Assembly: GCA_965219905.1 (NCBI GenBank)
Contig: CBDCOS010000008.1
Coordinates: 640,183-704,182 of the forward strand
Reading direction: 5' to 3'
Origin: an uncultured Candidatus Binatia bacterium
GTDB taxonomy: Bacteria; Desulfobacterota; Binatia; UBA9968; JAJDTQ01
Length of the DNA stretch: 64,000 bases
The notes beneath the pieces are model-generated. The model was not told the DNA's origin. It searched no databases and worked only from the letters and a program-made list of their open reading frames with translations. Position numbers and translations under genes: made by a program. Shown in pieces: positions 57,150-64,000 of this stretch (position 1 is the stretch's first letter; each line of letters opens with the position of its first letter).

Positions 57150-57338
57150 CATAATGTTTTGGTTAAGGAGCCGTCACGGCACTGGAAACGGAAATGAAAA
57201 GATCAACAAGGAGGTCGCGATGCCAGTGTTCATAGCGAATAGACAGTGGGTGGCCGTTCTCTTGGCGGTGTTCATGGCGGTCGCTTTGAGCGCTTGCGGT
57301 GGCGGCGGCAGCACTAGTGCCCCTCAGATGCCGGAGCC
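57150..57338 (+). repeat. Inverted repeat arm A: 189 bp, 100% identical to 63565-63753 (reverse complement); covers a CATAAT -10-like hexamer, the AAGGAGG RBS, the ATG and the first 40 codons (signal peptide + lipobox) of the lipoprotein
   Basis: Base-by-base comparison of 57150-57338 with the reverse complement of 63565-63753. Both flanks diverge immediately outside. Confidence 0.85.
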
Positions 57339-58938
57339 GGGGCCGATGCCTGACCCGCAAATGGCCTGCGAGGATGCGGGCGGCCGGTATAACGCCGACG
57401 GAACGTGCACCTCGGCTGAGGATCTCGCGGCGGAACAACTGGCGATGGAGCGCGGGGCTATCAGCACGGCCATCACGGCGGCAAGCACCGCGGTCAACGC
57501 CGTGAACAACGACTCCACCGATGCCCAGGTGACCGCCGCCGATACGGCGATCACGAACGCCATAAACGCAATCGCGGCCGCGGCCAATGTTCCGGCCGAA
57601 GAGAAAGCCGCGAACACCGAGACGGTCAATGCGCTCGCAACCCAACTTTCCGGTGCCAAGATGGCCCGCATGACCGCCATGGATGACGCCCAGAAGGCCG
57701 CGGATATGGCCATGGCCGTCACAGCGGCGAAGCTGTATGCGGGGATCGATCCGCAGAATGGCGCCACCGCAACTGTGGCCGCCGGTACTGCTCTGCTCGC
57801 AGGGGAGCGGGCCGCCGCCTACAACAACGCCGACCAGCCCAGCGCCGGCACCAGTGCCGACACACGCATCATGGTGGGCATCGAGACCGCTGCCGTCGTC
57901 GCCCTGTCGGAAGACAAAAAGACGATGGTCGCCGACAACCACGGCTGGGCAGGCAAGCGGTACGCCGACCCCGCCGGCGGTGACAGCTATGAGGCTGTCG
58001 TATACTCGAATGTCGGCGAGCCGACGATGGGCAAGAAGTTCGGCGGCGCGGCAGCAAACGACGAGTTCGAGTACGCATTGACCAACGGAGCGCTCCCGTC
58101 CAACACAGCTTGGGTGGCCTCGAGAGTAGCTCTCACGGGCGTCACCCGGACTGCCGGCACGGAAACGTTCAAGTTGCCGACCCCAAATCCGAGCGGCGCG
58201 GTGAACATCCTCGTCCCCGGCAGCTATCACGGCGTGTCCGGCACCTACAGTTGCGTGCCTAGCGCTCCCGCCAACGGTTGTTCGGCTGCGGTAGCCGCAA
58301 AAGGCTTCACGCTTGTGACCACCGGCGGCGACGCCTGGACCTTCACGCCCACCGACGCAAACGCCAGAGTCACAGACACCCCGGACGCCGCTTACGCCTC
58401 GTACGGCTGGTGGATCCACAAGACCGAGAACGGCAAGACCTTCATCGCGAGCGCATTCACGGATGAAAAGGGTACGGTTGATGCTGCCTCAGGTCTCGAC
58501 ACCTTGCAGGGAACGGCGACGTACATGGGCGGCGCGGCCGGCAAGTACGCTCTCAGCAGTTCGACAGGCGGCACCAACGACGCCGGTCACTTCACCGCGA
58601 AGGCGACGCTTGAGGCCGATTTCAGTGACAACTCGGTCACGGGCACCATCGACAACTTCATGGGTGCGGATGGTGAGACGCGAGACTGGTCAGTCGAGTT
58701 GAAGAAAAACACGATCGGAGCTACTGGGCCGATCAGTAGCGACGGTACCGCCGCCGCCGATGGAGCGAAAACGGTCTGGACCATCGGCGGAACGGCCGCT
58801 GGTGCTGCCGGCGGGTGGACCGGGGCTCTCAGGGACAACGGTACCGACGGGGTTCCGAAGGTCGCGACCGGAACGTTCTACTCGGAGTTCGAAACAGCAG
58901 GCAAAATGGTTGGCGCGTTCGGTGTGAATAAGCAGTAG
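57220..58938 (+). CDS. Surface lipoprotein with a TbpB/fHbp-like C-terminal beta-barrel domain (paralog 1)
   Basis: Strong RBS aaggaggtcgcgATG. Signal MPVFIANRQWVAVLLAVFMAVALSAC with lipobox LSAC plus a GGGGS linker. The mid region is Ala-rich and helical. The C-terminal ~150 aa (GTATYMGGAAGKY...GHFTAKATLEADFSDNSVTGTIDNFMG...TFYSEFETAGKMVGAFGVNKQ*) resembles the 8-strand barrel of neisserial fHbp/TbpB-type SLAM-dependent lipoproteins. Confidence 0.65.
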   Translation: MPVFIANRQWVAVLLAVFMAVALSACGGGGSTSAPQMPEPGPMPDPQMACEDAGGRYNADGTCTSAEDLAAEQLAMERGAISTAITAASTAVNAVNNDSTDAQVTAADTAITNAINAIAAAANVPAEEKAANTETVNALATQLSGAKMARMTAMDDAQKAADMAMAVTAAKLYAGIDPQNGATATVAAGTALLAGERAAAYNNADQPSAGTSADTRIMVGIETAAVVALSEDKKTMVADNHGWAGKRYADPAGGDSYEAVVYSNVGEPTMGKKFGGAAANDEFEYALTNGALPSNTAWVASRVALTGVTRTAGTETFKLPTPNPSGAVNILVPGSYHGVSGTYSCVPSAPANGCSAAVAAKGFTLVTTGGDAWTFTPTDANARVTDTPDAAYASYGWWIHKTENGKTFIASAFTDEKGTVDAASGLDTLQGTATYMGGAAGKYALSSSTGGTNDAGHFTAKATLEADFSDNSVTGTIDNFMGADGETRDWSVELKKNTIGATGPISSDGTAAADGAKTVWTIGGTAAGAAGGWTGALRDNGTDGVPKVATGTFYSEFETAGKMVGAFGVNKQ

Positions 58939-58963
58939 TTGCTGATCATCCTTCCTGCTCAGG

Positions 58964-59002
58964 TGAGGGCGGCGGCTTTGGTCGCCGCCCTTTCTCTTTC
59001 CT
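58964..59002 (+). terminator. Intrinsic terminator of lipoprotein gene 1 (gggcggcggctttggtcgccgccc stem-loop followed by a T-rich tract tttctctttcc)
   Basis: Direct inspection. A homologous copy follows lipoprotein gene 2. Confidence 0.55.
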
Positions 59003-59120
59003 CCAATGGCCGCCGTCGCTTGAACCTCGCCTGATCCCGTTTAGCGTGGCTGCAACCCTCGGAGTCCTCTCGCTCTGAGCGTCCGGCACCGAACCCATCG
59101 GCCCCGGGTTCCGCGAACCC

Positions 59121-59410
59121 TGTCGTGTCATATATGGTCCGCTCCGCTTGGCAAGGATCTGTTTGGGTGAGGAGGCAGGTCAGTTGCAGTCATATATCCG
59201 GCCTCTCGATGGGAGCGTCTCCGCTTCCGGGCCCTGATGGATTCCGCACACGCCCGCCTCAACAACTGAGCGGTCTCGAAGACCGTGACATTGACCAGGC
59301 TCTGGGCGTGCCGGATCGACCTGTCTGCCATCATTCCACTGCACCTTGCGCAACTTGGAGGTTTCCGAGTTCTTCCCATCTTGCTGGGCGTTTCTGGGTT
59401 GACACTGACA
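59121..59410 (+). repeat. 290-bp element X copy A with ~10-bp terminal inverted repeats (TGTCrrTGTC ... GACACTGACA); ~95% identical to copy B in inverted orientation; MITE-like or IS-terminus-derived
   Basis: Left end tgtcgtgtcatatatggtcc, right end ctgggttgacactgaca. The reverse complement of 61039-61313 aligns over ~275 bp with a few mismatches. Confidence 0.5.
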
Positions 59411-59615
59411 CTCCGCAACAACCGAATCCACTGTTGTCAATGGCAACCGAAAACTGCTCATTTTTGGCAATCAAAAACTGCACATTCCGAGAAGGGCGCC
59501 GGTACGGGTCTGACGCTCTTCGGTTGGTTTCGGTGGGGCGAGAGGGGTTGGACGGAGGAAGCGTAGCGACCGGAGTCCAATCCCTCTCGCGTGCCGGATC
59601 GGCAGGCCCAGCCGT

Positions 59616-60413
59616 TCACAGCGCGACCCCCTGGCCGGACTGCTCGGACTCGGGTCGCATCAGGTTCCGATGCTCTCGCATCCGGTAGCTGTTGCCGCGG
59701 ATGTTGACGATGTGGCAGTGGTGCAGCAGCCGATCGATGAGGGCCGCGGCCATCACCTCGTCGCCGAGGACACTGCCCCATTCCTCGAAGCCCTTGTTGG
59801 AGGTGAGCACGGTGGAGGCGCGCTCGTGGCGGGCGTTGATGAGCTGGAAGAAGAGCACGGCGCCGTCCTGGTTCACCGGCAGGTAGCCGATCTCGTCCAC
59901 CACGAGCAAAGCGGGATGAGTGAGGACCCGCAGCCGGCGGGACAACTCGCCGGCTGCCTTGGCCTCCATCAGGGACTCGATCAGTCCCGCGAGGGTTCCG
60001 TAGTAGACGCGGCGGCCGGCCTGGGCGGCGGTGATGGCGAGGCTTATGGCGAGATGGGTCTTCCCGACACCTGGCGGGCCGAGCAGGATGACGTTCTCGC
60101 GTCGGTCCACGAACCCGAGTTCGTGCAGGCTCTCGATCTGCTCACGCTTGATGCTGGGCTGGAAGGCGAAGTCGAACTGGCCCAGGGTCTTCACGGCCGG
60201 CAGCCGCGACGAGCGCATGGCGGCCTGCAGGCGGCGGTTGTTGCGAAGCCCTATCTGGGCGTCCAGCAACTGCTCGATGGCCTCGGCCGCGGACACCGCG
60301 CCGCCGTCGGCCTGGGCCAGGATGCCGTCCACGGCTTCCAGAGCGCCGGGCATCTTGAGGTCGGCGAGCATCTCCCGCAGCCGGTCGCGCCGGGTGCCTG
60401 TCTCGGCCCTCAT
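59616..60413 (-). CDS. istB: IS21-family helper ATPase IstB
   Basis: 266 aa. Walker A NVILLGPPGVGKTHLAISLA and Walker B LLVVDEIGYLP. The start overlaps the istA stop. Confidence 0.85.
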   Translation of the reverse strand: MRAETGTRRDRLREMLADLKMPGALEAVDGILAQADGGAVSAAEAIEQLLDAQIGLRNNRRLQAAMRSSRLPAVKTLGQFDFAFQPSIKREQIESLHELGFVDRRENVILLGPPGVGKTHLAISLAITAAQAGRRVYYGTLAGLIESLMEAKAAGELSRRLRVLTHPALLVVDEIGYLPVNQDGAVLFFQLINARHERASTVLTSNKGFEEWGSVLGDEVMAAALIDRLLHHCHIVNIRGNSYRMREHRNLMRPESEQSGQGVAL

Positions 60414-61038
60414 GACACGGCCTCCGCATAGACGCTGAGCGGGCGGCGCTCGACGTCGACGGTGACGGGCAGGGGGCGCCGAGCCGGTTGCGGTGCCCTG
60501 CGGGCGCCGAGACGCCGGTAGGGAGCGCTCGCCAGCGGCAGCAGCGCCTGGCGCTCGTCGCGTTCGAAGCGATCCACCGGGCGTTCTCCGGTGGTGCCGT
60601 GCCGGCGCACGTTGGCGGTCCCCTTGAGCCACGACAGTGCCTGCTCGTTGAGATCCTCGTCGCTGGCGAACTCCCGGCCGTAGAAGAAGCTGTCGCGGAG
60701 GTAGCGGATCGGCCGCTCCACCTTGCCCTTGGTCTGGGCTCGGTAGGGCCGGCAGGCCCGCGGCCGGAACCCCCAGTGGGCGGCGAAGCGCAGGAAGTCC
60801 GCGTTCAGCACCAGCTGGCCCCCGCCTACGCGGCCGTCCGACAGCACCACCGAACGCATCTGGTCGAACAGCAACTCCTGCGGCACCCCGCCGAACCACC
60901 CGAAGGCGCTCTCCAGCCCCTCGATCAGCACCTCCATCGTCTGTCGCCGGTAGAAGCGCAGCCACAACAGCCGCGAGTGGCTCAGGACCGTCACCAGCGC
61001 ATGCCGCCGGCCCCAGGGCAGCGTGAACGAGAATGTAC
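60410..61038 (-). pseudogene. istA: IS21-family transposase IstA, N-terminally truncated (DDE core and C-terminal part only)
   Basis: Reads ...RRHALVTVLSHSRLLWLRFYRRQTMEVLIEGLESAFGWFGGVPQELLFDQMRSVV.... The first 16 codons of the track ORF are encoded by element X, so they are not IstA. Confidence 0.7.
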
Positions 61039-61313
61039 GAAACGCCCAGCAAGATGGGAAGAACTCGGAAACCTCCAAGTTGCGCAAGGTGAAGTGGAAT
61101 GATGGCAGACAGGTCGATCCGGAACGCCCAGAGCCTGGTCAATGTCACGGTCTTCGAGACCGCTCGGTTGTCGAGGCCGGCGTGTGAGAAATCCATCAGG
61201 GCCCGGAAGCGGAGACGCTCCCATCGAGGGGCCGGATATATGACTGCAACTGACCTGCCTCCTCACCCAAACAGATCCTTGCCAAGCGGAGCGGACCATA
61301 TACGACACTGACA
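61039..61313 (-). repeat. Element X copy B (inverted relative to copy A); right end truncated by ~16 bp at the junction with istA
   Basis: The plus strand ends ...ggaccatatacgacactgaca, which as a reverse complement is tgtcagtgtcgtatatggtcc, matching the copy A left end. Confidence 0.5.
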
Positions 61314-61454
61314 AGCGTCCTGCGCGCAGCTTGCTCCTGGGGTTCGCTGAAACGGGCGCCAATGGGATCGGCGGTGGAGGTCCAGAGCAGAAGGACCGCG
61401 AGGGTTACGCCCGCGATGAACTGGATGAGGCGGCAGTTCAAGCGGTGTGTAATT

Positions 61455-61495
61455 GGAGGAAAGGGAAAGGGCGGCGACCGAAGCCGCCGCCCTCA
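61455..61495 (-). terminator. Intrinsic terminator of lipoprotein gene 2 (gggcggcggcttcggtcgccgccc stem-loop + T-rich tract on the minus strand), homologous to 58964-59002
   Basis: Plus strand reads ggaggaaagggaaagggcggcgaccgaagccgccgccctc; its reverse complement matches the gene-1 terminator apart from 2-3 substitutions. Confidence 0.55.
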
Positions 61496-61520
61496 AGCGC
61501 CCGGGAAGGATGATAAGAGA

Positions 61521-63683
61521 CTACTGCTTGTCCGCGCCGAACGCGCCGACCATCCGACCGACGGAGTCGTACTCAGAATAGAACGTGCCGGTTGCAGTGG
61601 TAGGGACGTCGCTGCCGTCTCCGGCCGGGGGGTCTCCGAGCATTTCATCGTACATCTGACCGGACCAAGTGCCAGACCTCGGTGCCGAGGTTCCGTCGAT
61701 CGACCACGTCGTGCCCATCGTCTCGTTAGCGGCAGTGTTGGTATCATCAGTTGTAGGAGTGGCAAACGCACCAGTAGTGCCCCAAGGAGCACGGTGCAGT
61801 GACACGCTCCATGGCACCGACTCACCGTTGGCCATGAAGTTGTTGAGCGTGCCGGTGACACCTGCGGTGGCGCCATTCCCGAACTTGGCCGTCAACTCAG
61901 CATCCGCCGTGAAGTGGCCGCCGTCGCTGGTGCCGTCGAGCACTTTATTCTTCGAGTAATCCAGCGCGAACTTGCCGGCGGCGTGGCCGGTGTAGGTGGC
62001 GCTGCCTTCGAACGTGGCGGCGGCGGGATCAGTAGTCAGAGCGGTAGTACCATCGCCCGCTACCGTGCCAACCACACCCCTGAACACGCTGGCTGCCGTC
62101 GGCATGCCGTCCTTGTCCTTGCTCACCCACCAGCCATAATACAGGTAGTTGGCATCGGGCTGATGCGCCATCGCGCTCTCACCGGCGTCGGGCTTGAAGT
62201 GCCAGGTTCCGCCCAATGAAGTCGGGCTGCCCTTGCCGTCGTTGCTCGAGGAGCAAGCCCCCGTGCAACGGTATATGCCCGGCGCACCGTCGTAGGTGCC
62301 TCGGGTGGTGAACGCAGAATCATCAACGTCATTATACGAATGATTCTGGATTCCGGGGTGCAGGAAGTCGTCTGCCATAACCTTCGAGAGGGCGGCGCCT
62401 GTGTCGACAGTGCCGCCGTTGACCACGGTCACATAACCCTTGATCGCGGTGTACGCTGGCCCGGTACCGGCGTTTGCGTCTGCGAGGACATTCCCCGCAT
62501 CGGCATATGAGACCGTCTTTCCGGGACCCTTGTTGTTGTACACCACGGCCGCGTTCATCACCTTCGATTCGGCGTTCGTGTGGGCGTAGTTCGTGCCCGT
62601 CCAACTGCCCAACGAGCCGGCGGGATCACCCGCCTTGAGTGTCACCGAGGCTGGGTTGGTGGCGCCGGGCAGCGCTCCCGCGCCTAGAGCGGCATCAATC
62701 ACGAGGCCGGACGACGACAGGGATACCGGCGTAGTAGCCGAATCGATGTTGTCTAGCGCGGTCGTGCCAGTTGTGGGAGTCCCCGCCAGCGCCGCGAACA
62801 ACTCCTTGCCCGTCTTCGCCATGGCCACCTTCGCGGCCTTTTCGGCCTCGTCCTCAGCCTCCTCGAAGGCCATTTGCGCCGTGCTGATCGGCGCCGCCGC
62901 ATTGTTCGCCTCTCTCTGATACGGAGCCTTTTCGTCGTCGGTCAGGTCCGCGCCGCTCGTGATCGCGTTGTTCAGGGCGGTGAGAGCGTTGTTGGCGGCG
63001 TCGAGTTGCGCCTGCGTGGGGGTCGAGCCGGAAAGCGCCGCCAGTGCGGTCTGAAGCATCGTGGAAGCACTATCCAACTCCGCCATCTGGTTCGTCCGGC
63101 GCGTCGCGGTGTCGATCCCGCCCTGCGCCATGTCCACGGCCTCCACAGCGTTGTCCAGCATCATCTGGTACATCGACGTGTCGTCGACGTCGACCGCATC
63201 GGCGATCGCCTGCCGAAGCCCCACGATGGCGGCCCGGGCAGCGTCAACCAAAGCCTGGGTCGACAGGTCGGACGTGTCGATCATGCCAGCGGCGTCCATC
63301 AGGGCCTGTTTCTGCTCGTCCGCGCGGGCCGCCATGTTGATCGCCATGATCCGGGCATCGACCGCTGCCTGGAGCGTTTCGCCCTGTGCGGCGGTAACGT
63401 CGGCCTTCACCGCGTCGTAGGCCGCCTGGGCGTCTTCCGCCGTGACCGCCGCCGCGATGCTCGCGAGCGTCATGTTAACCGTGTTCTCTTGGGGCGTCAG
63501 GCATGCACCATCCACCCAATGATTGCCCGCGTCCGTGCACATCTCCTCCGCCGTCGGCGGCATCGGCTCCGGCATCTGGGGGGCACTAGTGCTGCCGCCG
63601 CCACCGCAAGCGCTCAAAGCGACCGCCATGAACACCGCCAAGAGAACGGCCACCCACTGTCTATTCGCTATGAACACTGGCAT
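61521..63683 (-). CDS. Surface lipoprotein with a TbpB/fHbp-like C-terminal beta-barrel domain (paralog 2, 720 aa, larger variable mid-region)
   Basis: The first 40 codons are identical at the DNA level to paralog 1. The C-terminus ...GSATYTGHAAGKFALDYSKNK...GHFTADAELTAKFGNGATAGVTGTLNNFMANG...TGTFYSEYDSVGRMVGAFGADKQ* is ~50% identical to the paralog 1 barrel. The central region is diverged, Ala/Thr/Asp-rich and helical. Confidence 0.65.
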   Translation of the reverse strand: MPVFIANRQWVAVLLAVFMAVALSACGGGGSTSAPQMPEPMPPTAEEMCTDAGNHWVDGACLTPQENTVNMTLASIAAAVTAEDAQAAYDAVKADVTAAQGETLQAAVDARIMAINMAARADEQKQALMDAAGMIDTSDLSTQALVDAARAAIVGLRQAIADAVDVDDTSMYQMMLDNAVEAVDMAQGGIDTATRRTNQMAELDSASTMLQTALAALSGSTPTQAQLDAANNALTALNNAITSGADLTDDEKAPYQREANNAAAPISTAQMAFEEAEDEAEKAAKVAMAKTGKELFAALAGTPTTGTTALDNIDSATTPVSLSSSGLVIDAALGAGALPGATNPASVTLKAGDPAGSLGSWTGTNYAHTNAESKVMNAAVVYNNKGPGKTVSYADAGNVLADANAGTGPAYTAIKGYVTVVNGGTVDTGAALSKVMADDFLHPGIQNHSYNDVDDSAFTTRGTYDGAPGIYRCTGACSSSNDGKGSPTSLGGTWHFKPDAGESAMAHQPDANYLYYGWWVSKDKDGMPTAASVFRGVVGTVAGDGTTALTTDPAAATFEGSATYTGHAAGKFALDYSKNKVLDGTSDGGHFTADAELTAKFGNGATAGVTGTLNNFMANGESVPWSVSLHRAPWGTTGAFATPTTDDTNTAANETMGTTWSIDGTSAPRSGTWSGQMYDEMLGDPPAGDGSDVPTTATGTFYSEYDSVGRMVGAFGADKQ

Positions 63684-63753
63684 CGCGACCTCCTTGTTGA
63701 TCTTTTCATTTCCGTTTCCAGTGCCGTGACGGCTCCTTAACCAAAACATTATG
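63565..63753 (-). repeat. Inverted repeat arm B: 189 bp, 100% identical (reverse complement) to 57150-57338
   Basis: See arm A. Upstream of this copy (63754-64000) the sequence is GC-rich and coding-like, not AT-rich as upstream of copy A. Confidence 0.85.
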
Positions 63754-64000
63754 CTATGGCTGCTCTGGAGGAGGCGGCGGTGCGCCCGTCGTCAGCTGCA
63801 TCACGGTGCACGGTGGCGATTGCATTACGCCGGAGGCATTCGCGGAGTCGGCGGTGGAGCGCGCGCACGCGTACCGGTCCATTGATGGTTTCCGGAACCA
63901 GTGGGGGTTGGAGCACATCAAGGCGGACGTGGCCTATCGCCATCTCGAGCTGCTCAAGGGCCCGGACGCCCAGCCCGGCGCCGGAGTGACCCTCGGCTTC

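Larger units (their letters stand above)
59411..61038 (-). mobile_element. IS21-family remnant: intact istB, 5'-truncated istA, right-end region with short direct repeats (ggcaaycraaaactgc x2); no intact left end
   Basis: Gene content and order istA-istB on the minus strand. The istA N-terminal third (HTH) is missing; the ORF fuses to element X sequence at ~61038. Confidence 0.7.

Noticed and set aside
55160-57150. tRNA gene as integration site next to the P4-like integrase
   Set aside because: No cloverleaf-compatible segment (GTGGC..TTCGAATCC / CCA-end type patterns) was recognisable on either side of int, so no tRNA or att site is called.
59125-59688. ORFs inside element X copy A (59125..59688 +, 59128..59421 -, 59180..59470 -, 59285..59566 +) and the copy B counterparts (60991..61362 -, 61099..61311 +)
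   Set aside because: They are mutually overlapping in several frames within a 290-bp terminal-repeat element and have no protein-like composition or domain. They are treated as non-coding element sequence.
63749-63943. 64-aa minus-strand ORF and 77-aa plus-strand ATG ORF (63756..63989) just outside repeat arm B
   Set aside because: Both have poor, Arg-rich composition. A different plus-strand frame is more protein-like but has no defined start and runs off the window, so it is recorded only as a finding, not a feature.

Overview
This window is a GC-rich (roughly 65-70% GC by eye) bacterial chromosomal segment of diderm (Gram-negative) type, as judged from the RND efflux pump, a TRAP-TAXI transporter and lipobox lipoproteins. 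It falls into three parts.

(1) 1-25 kb is conserved core, almost all on the minus strand. It holds an ATP synthase atpF'-atpF-atpH-atpA-atpG-(atpD start) operon, then parB-parA-rsmG-mnmG-mnmE (the usual origin-proximal gene set). After these come a class I DAHP synthase, a large uncharacterised membrane protein, a Gfo/Idh/MocA oxidoreductase, a thioredoxin-domain (DUF255) protein, a lone S24 peptidase plus a small unknown protein, mltG and thiD. The block ends with an unusual acs(ADP-forming)-crcB-amidohydrolase-DUF1772 operon.

(2) 25-53 kb is an accessory/metabolic block. It opens with a low-GC islet encoding a small coiled-coil membrane protein. Its metabolic genes are plsY-DUF429, a bicupin, an M24 peptidase, a ThrC-like PLP enzyme, three LLM-class flavin oxidoreductases and DUF1611. 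The transport and oxidation genes are a TRAP 4TM/12TM fused permease whose TAXI receptor gene is interrupted by an IS1182-like transposase fragment, a Tat-signal flavin amine oxidase followed by a coxM-coxS-coxL-type molybdenum hydroxylase, a second lone CoxL-like subunit and an RND efflux pair. There are two decayed toxin-antitoxin modules, each with an intact antitoxin and a truncated toxin. Intergenic gaps throughout carry a family of palindromic GTCATTCCCGCGnAAGCGGGAATCCAGGGG (REP/MITE-like) repeats.

(3) 53.8-64 kb is a mobile/variable region. An IS3-family element sits inside one of those repeats with a GAAT target duplication. Next comes a P4-type tyrosine integrase with a tandemly duplicated 5' region, then a sharp AT-rich promoter island. 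The most notable feature is a ~6.6 kb diverged inverted duplication of two TbpB/fHbp-like surface-lipoprotein genes. They are convergent, share a 189 bp 100% identical 5' end including RBS and signal peptide, and have homologous terminators. Their centre holds an IS21-family remnant flanked by two copies of a ~290 bp TIR-bearing element. This looks like a candidate inversion / gene-conversion surface-antigen variation locus.

No rRNA, tRNA or CRISPR array was recognised.

Most of the other long ORFs in the six-frame track are shadow frames of these GC-rich genes. The track labels ORF 34773..35159 as plus strand, but the sequence shows it is on the minus strand.
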